A program made the position numbers and the translations under genes. Positions 20,990 through 30,828 of a stretch of DNA of 64,000 nucleotides are shown here, piece by piece. Position 1 is the first letter of the stretch. Every line of letters begins with the position of its first letter. Source of the DNA: Acidobacteriota bacterium (GTDB taxonomy: Bacteria; Acidobacteriota; UBA6911; RPQK01; JADFOI01); NCBI GenBank assembly GCA_963663035.1, contig OY760074.1, forward strand, positions 1,568,001 to 1,632,000, given 5' to 3'. The notes under the pieces are model-generated. The model was not told the origin of the DNA. It saw nothing but the letters and a program-made list of their open reading frames with translations, and made no database searches.

Positions 20990-21529
20990 TTACTGATTGG
21001 CTAAACGCCGTTTAATCTCCTCCAGCTGCGTGCGAATCGAACCATCATAGAGGGTGGACCCGATCTGTAATTTCAATCCTCCGATCAGCGACTCATCCTG
21101 CTGATAATTGATTTTGACCTGCTTTCCAGTCAAAGTCGAGACCGCTTTTCGAAGACGCTGATCCATGGCTTCTTCCACCTCCTCACAGGAGGCGACGTCG
21201 GCTCGCAAAATACCGCGAAGCTCGTCCAAAACGCTCTCATAGGCCTCGATCATCTCCTGAAACTGGGGCAGGCGAGCGTGCTCAAGCAGGACCAGAATAA
21301 AATTGGCCACAATCTCAGTGAGGGGAATCTTCTTGGCTAATTCCTGGACGATCTTCCGCTTTGCTGAAAAAGGAATCGCCGGGTGAGTGAGTGCCTCCCT
21401 CAATTCTTGATGGGAGTTCAACAATTCAGCGAAAACCAACAGCTCATCGTGTACTTGATCTTCCTGCTGCACTTCCCCGGCCACATCAGCCAGTGCTTGT
21501 GCATATTTTAGAGCTACTGAGGAAATCAT
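20990..21529 (-). CDS. atpH: ATP synthase F1 delta subunit
   Basis: YAQAL and [17 protein letters not shown] motifs; precedes atpA. Confidence 0.93.
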   Translation of the reverse strand: MISSVALKYAQALADVAGEVQQEDQVHDELLVFAELLNSHQELREALTHPAIPFSAKRKIVQELAKKIPLTEIVANFILVLLEHARLPQFQEMIEAYESVLDELRGILRADVASCEEVEEAMDQRLRKAVSTLTGKQVKINYQQDESLIGGLKLQIGSTLYDGSIRTQLEEIKRRLANQ

Positions 21530-21621
21530 CTTCTCACTTCGGGCATCGGTCTAAAAAGGCTTTTCTAGCATGTTGTGAACATCGAGGTCAAGGCCGCAAC
21601 CTTATGCTAAGATGAATCGAT

Positions 21622-22005
21622 ATGTCTCGTCAAAAAGCCACAGAACAAGTCGATCTCAGTCCCGATAAGACCGATGAAATGCCCATTGTCCCCTACCGGG
21701 TTCTCTTCACTGACATTCCCTTCTACTCGGATCCAGAATGTAAAAACGAGGTTCCGGAAGCAAGAATTGCCATTCTGGAGATGCTCGATCCCGACGACAA
21801 AGTGAAGGAACTGGACGTGGTCCCCGTCTTGAAGAAATATGAGCCGGGCCAGCTGTTGCGATGGGATCTCAACAACAAGGCTGAGTGGGAAGAAAGCTGG
21901 TACCGACACCCGGAAACAGGGAAAATTGAGCGGGCCTGGACCTTTCACGTCGAATTTACCGGGGCTGTGATCAGTGATCAGATTGCTTCGCGCTTTGAGC
22001 AGTGA
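21622..22005 (+). CDS. Hypothetical protein
   Basis: 127-aa acidic ORF with natural composition filling the gap between atpH and queG. Confidence 0.6.
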   Translation: MSRQKATEQVDLSPDKTDEMPIVPYRVLFTDIPFYSDPECKNEVPEARIAILEMLDPDDKVKELDVVPVLKKYEPGQLLRWDLNNKAEWEESWYRHPETGKIERAWTFHVEFTGAVISDQIASRFEQ

Positions 22006-23023
22006 GTCTACTCAGCGCCCAGGAAGCATGGCGGCGGATCATGGGATCTTCATGGTGGAGGAGATTTTCCACTTCAGGAATCATTTCAGGGTCCTGGCTA
22101 TTTCCCATTGCCACCACAACATTGCGTAGGAAACCCCTCCATTTGGTGCGCTTTATGGGACTGCCCCGATAGCGTTTCTGAAAATCCTCGGGCGAGAGAC
22201 GCGCCAACTCTCGTAAATCTGGCGCCTGATTCATCTCTTTGGGTTTGAACTCCTCGACTGACGAAACGGGAGCCTTCGAATTCCAGGGACAGACATCCTG
22301 GCAGATATCGCAGCCAAAGATCAGGTTTCCCATGGGTTCTCGAAATTCTTCGGGAATATCCTCGCGCAGTTCGATGGTCAGATAGGAGATACAACGGCGA
22401 CTGTCGAGCACATAGGGTTCCACAATCGCATCGGTGGGACAGGCGTCGATGCAACGGGTACAGGAACCGCAGAAATCCGTACCCGGCACATCATAGTCCA
22501 GCTCCAGATTCAGGAGAATCTCCCCAAGGAAAAACCAGGAGCCCAAGTTTCGCGACAGCAGGTTGGTATGTTTTCCCAGCCAACCGATGCCCGACTGGGC
22601 GGCCCAGTGCTTATCCATGACAGGACCCGTGTCCACGTACACCCTTCCCTCCACCGCAGGCTCCAGTCCTCGAATAAAAGCGAAAAGCTCCTCCACCCTT
22701 TTCCCCAACACTTCATGATAGTCCTCTCCCGAGGCGTAGCGAGAAATCACCCCGCGCTCAGGCTGTTGGTAGGGAAGATCGTAAGGATGAAAGTAATTCA
22801 GGGAAAGAGAAACCACAGAACGAGCATCGGGTAAAACCTGCCTGACATCCATCCGTTTCTCGGATGTCCGTTCCATATAGGCCAGCTCTCCATGAAATTG
22901 GCGGGCCAGCCAGACCTGGAGGGTCTCTCCCGGGATTGCTGAGACAGGTGCAATACCCACTCCCTCAAAGCCCAGGGCGCGAGCCCGATCCTTGATGTGT
23001 TGGGTTCTCTCCTTCTGGTCCAT
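21971..23023 (-). CDS. queG: tRNA epoxyqueuosine(34) reductase
   Basis: ISRYA.GEDYH, YVDTGPV, GWLGK, CGSCTRCIDACPT, RCISYLTIE and FGCDICQDVCPWN motifs. Confidence 0.96.
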   Translation of the reverse strand: MDQKERTQHIKDRARALGFEGVGIAPVSAIPGETLQVWLARQFHGELAYMERTSEKRMDVRQVLPDARSVVSLSLNYFHPYDLPYQQPERGVISRYASGEDYHEVLGKRVEELFAFIRGLEPAVEGRVYVDTGPVMDKHWAAQSGIGWLGKHTNLLSRNLGSWFFLGEILLNLELDYDVPGTDFCGSCTRCIDACPTDAIVEPYVLDSRRCISYLTIELREDIPEEFREPMGNLIFGCDICQDVCPWNSKAPVSSVEEFKPKEMNQAPDLRELARLSPEDFQKRYRGSPIKRTKWRGFLRNVVVAMGNSQDPEMIPEVENLLHHEDPMIRRHASWALSRLTAQSAKQSDH

Positions 23024-23030
23024 ATCGGAA

Positions 23031-23180
23031 AGGAGGTAGGAGTCAGAATCCGGAAGTCAGAAGATGGGAGCCAGAAGCTAAGCAGTCTGTGGTCTGTTGT
23101 CTGTGATTAGTCTCCTACCTCCTGCCTCCTGCCTCCTGTCTTCTACCTCCTGCCTCCTACCTCCTACCTCCTACCTCCTA
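23031..23180. repeat. Heptamer tandem repeats (AGGAGGT/CCTCCTR) in inverted arrangement
   Basis: About 9 units of CCTCCT(A/G) at 23113-23180, facing GGAGGTAGGAGTCAG units at 23031-23065. Confidence 0.8.
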
Positions 23181-23186
23181 TTCTTC

Positions 23187-23720
23187 CTATTCCGTGATTC
23201 CAAACTGACGCAGCATATATTGGTAGAATGGATCCCTCGTATACTCCCTCACCCAGTTGAGCGAAAGCACGCAACGTTCGTACTTGTCGGCCAGCTTCTT
23301 AAACACCACAGTCGTTTCCACATCCACCTCCAGCTCGCTGGCCGCCATATAGCTGCGACGCCCGGTATCGGCGTAGTGGGAGTGAGACAGCATTCGTTTT
23401 CCGTAGGTCAGGCTCTCGGGGAACATTCCCAGAATGAACAGGGTGTGGTCCCCGATCTGCTGGTAGTGTGCCTTCTTTCTGGCTCGCGGCGCCTGGGGAG
23501 CGACCTCGAACATGTCTACCAGATATTCCAGCCGCTTACCGCTTTCATCCTTCAGTGCATAGAGGTCTTCGATGTACGTGAAATGAAGAAGCAAATCGCT
23601 GAGATAACAGAGAAGATCCTTGTCGGGAATGGCAGACTGTGTCAAGGCCCGGTCGGCCACACGGCGGAAAAGCTTTTTCAGGGGATGGTTTTCAGGAATT
23701 TTACCGTCTTTGCGTATCAT
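23187..23720 (-). CDS. Conserved hypothetical protein
   Basis: Helical 177-aa ORF with a QIGD.TLFILGMFPESL...Y...GRRSY..AS motif that I recall from other bacteria; function unknown. Confidence 0.75.
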   Translation of the reverse strand: MIRKDGKIPENHPLKKLFRRVADRALTQSAIPDKDLLCYLSDLLLHFTYIEDLYALKDESGKRLEYLVDMFEVAPQAPRARKKAHYQQIGDHTLFILGMFPESLTYGKRMLSHSHYADTGRRSYMAASELEVDVETTVVFKKLADKYERCVLSLNWVREYTRDPFYQYMLRQFGITE

Positions 23721-23839
23721 TTCCCTTGAAGCTCTCTCATCGGAAAACCTACTATAAATTTTACATTATCTTCTGACACTTCTGTGGAAGGGCGGCCTGA
23801 TTAGGGCCAAAAGAAGATAGTGTGATATTTTCTTGGTAT

Positions 23840-24364
23840 ATGAACATTCAGGATCCGCAACTGGTCAACATCCTCGTTGTGGTGATGGCAGCACTGATCA
23901 TTGGCCAAACCCTTTTACTCGTGCTGATCAGCCTCCGCATGGCCAAACAAGTTGAACATCTCGATGAAAGCCTGAGGCTTCTCTCGCGGAGATCAGCTCA
24001 AGGGGTGGCATTTGCCCAGCGGGTCATTGCGGCCGTGAAAAAGATAACTCCCGAACTCTCTGAAGTTGAAAACACGGTCGAGAAGGAGCTCACCACCTTT
24101 TTGAAGGCTTCAGAGAAAGTAGATCAGGTGGCGGGCCGCAGCCTCGACTTAATGCGTTTTGAACTGGGCAAAGCCGACAGTGGATTGGACGACCTTCTGA
24201 ACAAATTTTCGCAGCAAACCTATGCGGTTCATCGAGCCACAGTCCATCCTTCAATGCGAGTTTCGGAACTGATTCGAGCCAGCCTCAAAATCCTGAAGCA
24301 GACTCTCTCCCGAGAGAAGAAATCACCCGCCTCTTATGGGCCCGAGAAAGAAACCTTTATCTAG
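23840..24364 (+). CDS. Single-pass membrane coiled-coil hypothetical protein
   Basis: N-terminal TM followed by a heptad-rich helical region. Confidence 0.7.
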   Translation: MNIQDPQLVNILVVVMAALIIGQTLLLVLISLRMAKQVEHLDESLRLLSRRSAQGVAFAQRVIAAVKKITPELSEVENTVEKELTTFLKASEKVDQVAGRSLDLMRFELGKADSGLDDLLNKFSQQTYAVHRATVHPSMRVSELIRASLKILKQTLSREKKSPASYGPEKETFI

Positions 24365-24759
24365 CGGGTGTCCAGGAAAGCCAAGCTCTTCGTTCTCCGC
24401 CCCCTTCGATCCTCGACGTAGCATAGTACTCACTTTCATAAATACGATAACGTTTGTTGGGAGCGCGACGGAGCCCTGATCAAGGCGAGACGACGAGTCG
24501 ATGTCGAGACATCGGCGAGGAGAATCAACAAAGAGATGGGCCCGTCCCGCCCCAACCCTTCGGGCGGATGGGGGTTGCGGGCGATCTCTTTGGCTCTCGT
24601 CGTCGTCGATGTCCCTGACATCGCCTCCTCCTCCCTTCGCGACCTCGCCTCGCAAGCCCCATTCGCAAACGTTACCGTATTTATCAAAGGGAGTACTTGA
24701 TCTACGCCTGCGGTCGAAGGGCTTGTGCGGCCTCGATCTTGACCTTCCTGAACACCCGC
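24364..24759. mobile_element. Composite/nested MITE-like palindromic element
   Basis: Outer TIR GCGGGTGTCCAGGAA / TTCCTGAACACCCGC and an inner IR of about 29 bp (24428-24456 vs 24666-24694); the core is homologous to 55921-56143. Confidence 0.7.
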
Positions 24760-24785
24760 AATCAGAGGGGATTAACTGGAACTGT

Positions 24786-26603
24786 TTAGTACCGGGTTGC
24801 CAGGCGGACCGTCGTCCGAATCAGCTCACCTTTCCGAAAGACAGCAATCTCCACCTCATCACCAGGACTCTTCGCTTCCAGAGCAGCGAGAAACTGGCGA
24901 AGATTGTCAATTGTCTGACCATTGAAAAGCACCAACACATCACCATCCTTCAGCCCGGCCTCCGCTGCTGGGGTCTCTGACAGAATCTGTTCAAAACGAA
25001 CACCACCTAAGCTCCAGGAGGTGTCGGGAAGCGATCCGAACCAGGGCCGGGGCCGGCGCTGACGACGACCGCCCCTCCTTTCCCGGCTTGCTGGACGATC
25101 TACCTCCACATAGGGGAGGGGCTGGTTCAGCTCCAGTAGTCGATCGAGTGAACCTCGCACCACATCCAGCACTTGACCGGTCGTTGCCACATTGATCCTC
25201 TCCCAGTCATCGGAAGGTCGGTGGTAATCACCATGCAGGCCCGAGAAGAAAAACAGCACCGGAATCTTTCTGCTGGAAAAGGAAAGATGATCGCTGGAAC
25301 CACGTAAATCGTCTGAGTAAGAGAACTGAAGTGGAGAGAATTCCTGCACCTCATCCAGAATCCTGCTGAACTCTGCCGCCGTCCTCACTCCACCGATCAA
25401 GAGATCTCCCTCACTTCGTCCAATCATGTCCAAATTGAACATGGCCGTCGTCTGCTCCAGTGGAATCGTGGGGTGCTCCGTATAATATCGCGACCCCAGG
25501 AGACCAAGCTCCTCCCCCGCGAAAGCGATGAAAAGCAAGCCCTGTTTGGGTGAAGAACTTCTACCAAGATCCTGAGCAAGCTGCAGCAATCCCGCCGTCC
25601 CCGAGGCATTATCGTCAGCCCCGTTGTGCACCTGACCCCTTGCTTCCGGAGCCAGAGATCCTATGCTTCCCAGACCCAAATGGTCATAGTGTGCACCCAG
25701 GACGATGACACTGTCGGTTTCCCCAGGGACAAGACCCAGTACATTTCTCACCGTGCGTCGAACCTGGACAATGTCCAGCGAAACAACGGCCGTGAAACCC
25801 AGATCAAAAGAGAGAGGACTCACGCTGCTGTTGATCCTGTCAGCAATCTCAACAGGATCGCGACCGCTGTGCTGCAGGAGACGCTCGCTCCATTCTCGAG
25901 TGAGCCTGAGCGAAGGGATTCCCATGTCCTCCACCTCAACTGTTCTTCTTGGCTGCTGCTCCTGACCCTGCGGGTGATTGAAGCTGTCAGACAGGAGAAT
26001 CACACCAGCCGCCCCTCTCTCCTTCGCGTTCATTATCTTATGCAGTACGGTTGCGTAAGGGGTGAGCTCCTTCCCCGCAAACAAACTGTCTTCCACCTGC
26101 TCCTGGGGCTCATGCTCAAAAACCAGCACGATCTTCCCCACAACATTCAGATCTTTGTAGTCGTCATAGTTCAGTTCAGGTGCTGAAATGCCAAATCCGG
26201 CAAACACCAACGGCCCTTGAATCACCGAATCAGGGCCCGAGGTCAGAGGGACATAATCCTTCTGAACCTGCAACCGAATCTGCTCAGTTCCGGTTTCAAC
26301 AGTGAGCTGGTTATCGGGACCAAAAGCTCGTCCCAGGCCCAGCTCGAACTCCTGGAAATAGGTTTGCTCGTCTCCAGCTGGCAAAAGACCAAAGTCGTGG
26401 AAAAGTTCTGCGATGTAGCGAGCGGCCTGCTCAAGCTCTGGACTGCCATTGCCGCGTCCTTTCATCTGATCGGATGCAAGATAGCGCAAAGATTCTAGGA
26501 AAGTGTCTGTGGTTCTGACCTGGGCCAGGCTCGGTGCGACGCTCAGCCAACAGATTGTGCTGCTCAGAAGAGCAATGAGAGAAAGTTTTGAGAGTTTCTT
26601 CAT
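24786..26603 (-). CDS. Secreted M28 family aminopeptidase with PA and C-terminal PDZ domains
   Basis: GAHYDHLG, NGADDNASG, AGEELGLLGS, NLDMIGR, SDH and DYHRPSD motifs plus a PDZ tail; start MKKLSK. Confidence 0.92.
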   Translation of the reverse strand: MKKLSKLSLIALLSSTICWLSVAPSLAQVRTTDTFLESLRYLASDQMKGRGNGSPELEQAARYIAELFHDFGLLPAGDEQTYFQEFELGLGRAFGPDNQLTVETGTEQIRLQVQKDYVPLTSGPDSVIQGPLVFAGFGISAPELNYDDYKDLNVVGKIVLVFEHEPQEQVEDSLFAGKELTPYATVLHKIMNAKERGAAGVILLSDSFNHPQGQEQQPRRTVEVEDMGIPSLRLTREWSERLLQHSGRDPVEIADRINSSVSPLSFDLGFTAVVSLDIVQVRRTVRNVLGLVPGETDSVIVLGAHYDHLGLGSIGSLAPEARGQVHNGADDNASGTAGLLQLAQDLGRSSSPKQGLLFIAFAGEELGLLGSRYYTEHPTIPLEQTTAMFNLDMIGRSEGDLLIGGVRTAAEFSRILDEVQEFSPLQFSYSDDLRGSSDHLSFSSRKIPVLFFFSGLHGDYHRPSDDWERINVATTGQVLDVVRGSLDRLLELNQPLPYVEVDRPASRERRGGRRQRRPRPWFGSLPDTSWSLGGVRFEQILSETPAAEAGLKDGDVLVLFNGQTIDNLRQFLAALEAKSPGDEVEIAVFRKGELIRTTVRLATRY

Positions 26604-26631
26604 CGACTGATCATTATAATAGGTCGGTCCC

Positions 26632-27150
26632 ATGAAGGAAGTACTCAAAGCCATCCAGTACAAGAATTTAGACGAAGCCCAGCGGATATTAGAGCAGACT
26701 GTGGATGACGCATCACAGGTACTCGACGATGCCGGGGAGGAACCTCAGGGCTTACTGAGCGTCGTGCCGCTGGATCGCATACTCGAAAAACAGTTCTACC
26801 GCCTCCTGGAGAGCAAAAAGGGAGTCCTGGTAGAGGTCGAAAAGATCCCCTATTCCGGTTACGGCCCACCCGCAGACGAGCAGGATTACATGGGATTTGT
26901 GGATGAGAACGTGGCCTATGTTCTCAAAGGGTGCCGCTTGCCTATTGAAATCGAGAACTGTCCCCAGGGCGCCAGGGACATCCATCACCTGGAGGCCATG
27001 ATTATAGATCGCCAACATCCGCTCCACCGTGATCACTTGTCTCAGAAACTGGAACTGCCCTCAGACTGGGACTTCGATGTCCTCTTCGAGCAAATTTCAC
27101 AGGGTCGGTGTACGGGAGAGGAAATAGACCGAATCATCCATGAGGGTTAG
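26632..27150 (+). CDS. Hypothetical protein
   Basis: 172-aa acidic ORF filling the gap; no recognised family. Confidence 0.65.
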   Translation: MKEVLKAIQYKNLDEAQRILEQTVDDASQVLDDAGEEPQGLLSVVPLDRILEKQFYRLLESKKGVLVEVEKIPYSGYGPPADEQDYMGFVDENVAYVLKGCRLPIEIENCPQGARDIHHLEAMIIDRQHPLHRDHLSQKLELPSDWDFDVLFEQISQGRCTGEEIDRIIHEG

Positions 27151-28090
27151 TCCCCACATTTCTCCAGGTAAAACTTCATCTGGCCGCTGTAAAAGAGAAG
27201 TTTCACTATGAGCCGGCCCATAAAAAAGAGCTGTTGCCAGATGATCGCCAGCAGGATAGTCCCCCAACCTTGTTGGGGGAAGAGCCCCTCTATACCGGTG
27301 TACAGGATGATCCAGGCCAATCCCAGGGCAGTGATCAACAGATAAAACCCAAAAGCTGCAATGAAATTCGTCACACAGAACCGCACCGCGGAAACGAACG
27401 CCAACACAACACTGGTGCGGTTCTCAATCGCTGTCTTGATCTTTGCATAGTCAAACAGCATATTCAGAAAGAGGAAGATTCCCAGCACAATCAGATAGCG
27501 AGCACTATTCCAATAAAAGGCGCCTCTGTCGGTCACTGCCTGGTTGGTGAGGTACTCTGCCAAATCGCCCAACGGCTCAACCATCCAGCTTGCCACAAAC
27601 CAGAAAGCCAAGACCGCTAATACGGCCAACCGGAAAAACCGGCCGAAAAACACCCCCCCATTGTGAAAGAACTGGCGGATACCGGTGCCTTGTGGATCAC
27701 GGGCAAAGGAGCCAACGGCGGCCGCCAACAGAAAGGAATTGAGCAAGATATAAAGAGCTCCCAAAGAGACGATGGCCCAAGGCAGCTCGGTCAAGTTCTC
27801 CGTCCAACAGAAGTTCCAGGTTGCGGGCAAAAGGACCGGCTCCCAGCACCCATGGCGCCAAAGTGGAAGCGAATCCCGTCACTCGATCCTGGAACAGACC
27901 GTACCAGTCGTAGTCCAGCTCTCCCACCAGTTTCTCGCGGTATAATCCCGGCCCCAGAGAATCCTCAAAGACCTGCATAAATGGAAACAGGAGAAGGGAG
28001 GCAACCACCAGGTTTGCTAGATAGAAATAGATGACCGCTTTCTTGTGGCGTCTCAGCAGCTGCCAGCCATCCTGCAGTCGCCCAAACATG
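27147..28090 (-). pseudogene. Frameshifted integral membrane protein (pseudogene or sequencing error)
   Basis: The N-part (MFGRLQ...NLELLLDGE, from 28090) and the C-part (LTELPWAIVSLG...KCGD) join if one base is removed near 27793-27796. Confidence 0.7.
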
Positions 28091-28091
28091 A

Positions 28092-30173
28092 TCACGCCAG
28101 GAAGGCGAATGTCTCCAAGAGGTTCTGCAGCCAAAACAGCCACTTGGCAGCCCACTTCCTGGTGGCCAGGGAAAAACCGTCGTCTGTCGCCGCATAGCGG
28201 CTGTTATTGAGGGGATCAATGTCCAACAGGAGTTTCCGATCAGGATCCACCACGGCATACTTCAAACGAACGGGCTTTTCCAACTGATACCGTTGCCATC
28301 GATCCTGTCCATCCCACTCCTGGCGGACCTCTTCGCCATCTTCAAAGACCATTAAAACTTCCACTGGAAACTTCGCTCCCTCCAGCCGCATGACCACGAC
28401 CTCGGTCATGTACTGGTCTGCTGTGTCCTCTGTCTCTTCTTGGGAGCTGGGGGAATCCTCTTCCTGATCGTCAAACAGTCCCTGGGGAGTGGGAATCTTC
28501 ACCGACCTGGCTGTTTCGATCCCATAATCCACCAGTTCAGCGCTGAAAAAAGTCTGCTCAAAGAACCACCCCATATCCTTTTGGGCGACCTCGTTGATTG
28601 TGGCGATGAAATCGCTGGTCGTCGGATGCTTGAATTGATATCGCTGAAAATAGGTACTCATGGCCTGAAGCATCACTTCCTCCCCCAGCCAGCGCTCCAG
28701 CGTCCACAGGATCATCTCAGGCTTGCTGTAGGAGTTGGTGCGATAGCTGGTGCGCCTCAGATATTCCCAGCCTGGACGGGTCATGACATCCAGCTTCCCA
28801 GCTCGTCGCACTGCAGCCAAGCTTGCCGTTTCAAATGGGATTTCAAAGGAGTTAAAGGTCAGTGGAATCCCTCCAAAGAGGCGTCTCATAAAACGGCTGG
28901 GCTCATAAGTGTACTTTTGTACTCGGGCCTCCGACCACGAATTGAGTCCTTCGTCCAACCATGATTCTTCAAACTCATTATTCGCCGACATTCCGTACCA
29001 CCATTGGTGGCCGACTTCGTGAATCGTCACTCCTTCCGGTGACAGGACCTTCTCAGGAGCCCAGAAACTGCCCCCTCCGGTGACAAAGGTGGGATACTCC
29101 ATACCACCTGTGTTACTTCTGTAGGCGGGGTCCACAACCGTCAACGTGTCATAAGGATAGGGGCCGAACCAATTCCCGTAATAGCGAAGAGCGTTTTGGA
29201 TAGCGGTGAAGTACCTCTCTTCCAGATGTGAATGCTCGGGTAAAAGCAAGAGGGTGATTTCCACGTCGGGCAATCGGGGATCGGAAAAGGTTTGCCTTTT
29301 CTCTAAAAACCGAGGGCTGGCGGTCCAGGCAAAATCGTGTACGTCCTCCTGGTAGTAACGGTAAGTGGTGGTTCCATCGGGATGATCCTGCTGCTCGACT
29401 CTTTTTCCAGTCGCACCGACAACAAAGTCTGCAGGGACCGTCAGGGAAACGTCAAACACTCCAAAGTCAGCGAAGTATTCAGTTGAATAGTGATACTGGT
29501 GGCAGTTCCACTGACCATCCTGAAATACGCCGATCTTGGGAAACCATTGGGCCACGAAAAAGTAGTCTTCGCTCCATCCGGTGCGCCTGGCACCTCTGGG
29601 CAGCTTTGATTCGAAATCAATTCGAAACTGAATCTCCTCCCCTGAGGGCAGCGGGTTATCCAGATGGACCATCAAGACGCTCCTGTCTTCCTGATTGTCA
29701 TCATCGGGATGAATGTAATCGAGACTGATAACTTGTTGGCGGGAACCGTTTTCGTTGGCCACCACCTGGATCGATTCAACCTCAGTGTATCCCCAGAAGT
29801 GATCCGGAGCCTGCTCAACCGAGTCCCAAAGTGATCGGAAGCTGTTCTCCCGGACGAAGGTGGAGCGGTTGTTCTTGAAGGCATTCAAGTAAAGGTGAAA
29901 ACAGAAATCTTCAAGTGCCTGCCCGCTTCGATTCTCCCAAGTCAGAATCTCATGCCCCTTGACTATTTTTTCAAGAGGGTCGAGGCCAACCTCCATGCGG
30001 TACCTCACGATCCGATCGCTGAGGACTGGCCGGTCTGCACCGAGCCCAGGGTCCCCCTGACCAGTGTCCTGCGCGGGCGCGGAGACCCCGACCGCCGAGA
30101 AACAGCACAGAAATGCAAGAGAAAAAAACCACCAGCACCAGCGCTTACGGCTATCTTGAAGATTAGTTGGCAC
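28092..30173 (-). CDS. M1 family metalloaminopeptidase, secreted
   Basis: GGMEYPT and HEVGHQWW...ESWLDEG (HExxH-x18-E) motifs. Confidence 0.92.
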   Translation of the reverse strand: MPTNLQDSRKRWCWWFFSLAFLCCFSAVGVSAPAQDTGQGDPGLGADRPVLSDRIVRYRMEVGLDPLEKIVKGHEILTWENRSGQALEDFCFHLYLNAFKNNRSTFVRENSFRSLWDSVEQAPDHFWGYTEVESIQVVANENGSRQQVISLDYIHPDDDNQEDRSVLMVHLDNPLPSGEEIQFRIDFESKLPRGARRTGWSEDYFFVAQWFPKIGVFQDGQWNCHQYHYSTEYFADFGVFDVSLTVPADFVVGATGKRVEQQDHPDGTTTYRYYQEDVHDFAWTASPRFLEKRQTFSDPRLPDVEITLLLLPEHSHLEERYFTAIQNALRYYGNWFGPYPYDTLTVVDPAYRSNTGGMEYPTFVTGGGSFWAPEKVLSPEGVTIHEVGHQWWYGMSANNEFEESWLDEGLNSWSEARVQKYTYEPSRFMRRLFGGIPLTFNSFEIPFETASLAAVRRAGKLDVMTRPGWEYLRRTSYRTNSYSKPEMILWTLERWLGEEVMLQAMSTYFQRYQFKHPTTSDFIATINEVAQKDMGWFFEQTFFSAELVDYGIETARSVKIPTPQGLFDDQEEDSPSSQEETEDTADQYMTEVVVMRLEGAKFPVEVLMVFEDGEEVRQEWDGQDRWQRYQLEKPVRLKYAVVDPDRKLLLDIDPLNNSRYAATDDGFSLATRKWAAKWLFWLQNLLETFAFLA

Positions 30174-30825
30174 TCGGATCCTTGGGCTGCAAATGACGGA
30201 ATTGAGACACCACTCGCTTGCGGGCCAGAAGTCTGCGCAGGATGCCTAAAATGGTTGTGGATCTCAGCTTTAAACTATCCATCTCCAACAGCTGTTGCTT
30301 GTCATAGACAGAAAGATTCAATGAGGAACAGATGGAGTTGAGCAAGGTCGGGAAATCGAGTTCTTCCAAGACATCTATTCCCAGGTCCGGATAGGTGCCC
30401 TCCTCGTTCAGCTCGCGGAAACTCAGAGCCAATTCGGTGGACATGTCTGTCGTCTCCAGGCGGTTTGGCATCACCTCGCTCAAGAGCTTGACACGAGCAA
30501 TCCGATAGGGAGTCTCCTGAATGAACTCAACAATCTTATAGCGGCAGCGACCACTTAAGAACAGGTCGTACTTGCCCTCTTCCAAGTTTTTGTATTCACT
30601 GATCACCCCCAAGCCGCCTGTGCTGAAGACTTTGGCGTCTTGGGAAGATTGACTCTCCCAGCCCGGGTGCAACAGCGCCATCCCGATTTGCCTGTCGCCC
30701 TGAAGGGCATCCGCAATCATCTGTTTGTATCTTGGCTCAAAAATGTGAAGCGGCAGGAGAGTGTGAGGGAAAAAGACCACATTGGGAAGAGGGAAGATGG
30801 GAATGTTTTCAGTCTCTCCCGTCAT
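30163..30825 (-). CDS. LON peptidase substrate-binding (LON_N) domain protein
   Basis: IPIFPLPNVVFFP..LLPLHIFEPRY motif. Confidence 0.9.
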   Translation of the reverse strand: MTGETENIPIFPLPNVVFFPHTLLPLHIFEPRYKQMIADALQGDRQIGMALLHPGWESQSSQDAKVFSTGGLGVISEYKNLEEGKYDLFLSGRCRYKIVEFIQETPYRIARVKLLSEVMPNRLETTDMSTELALSFRELNEEGTYPDLGIDVLEELDFPTLLNSICSSLNLSVYDKQQLLEMDSLKLRSTTILGILRRLLARKRVVSQFRHLQPKDPSAN

Positions 30826-30828
30826 GGC

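Noticed and set aside
23097-23729. Plus-strand 210-aa ORF beginning with LLPPASCLL repeats
   Set aside because: It is a translation of heptamer repeats plus the antisense of the real minus-strand gene.
24323-24980. ORFs 24323-24655, 24436-24687 and 24501-24980
   Set aside because: They lie within the palindromic MITE-like element and show no protein-like features.
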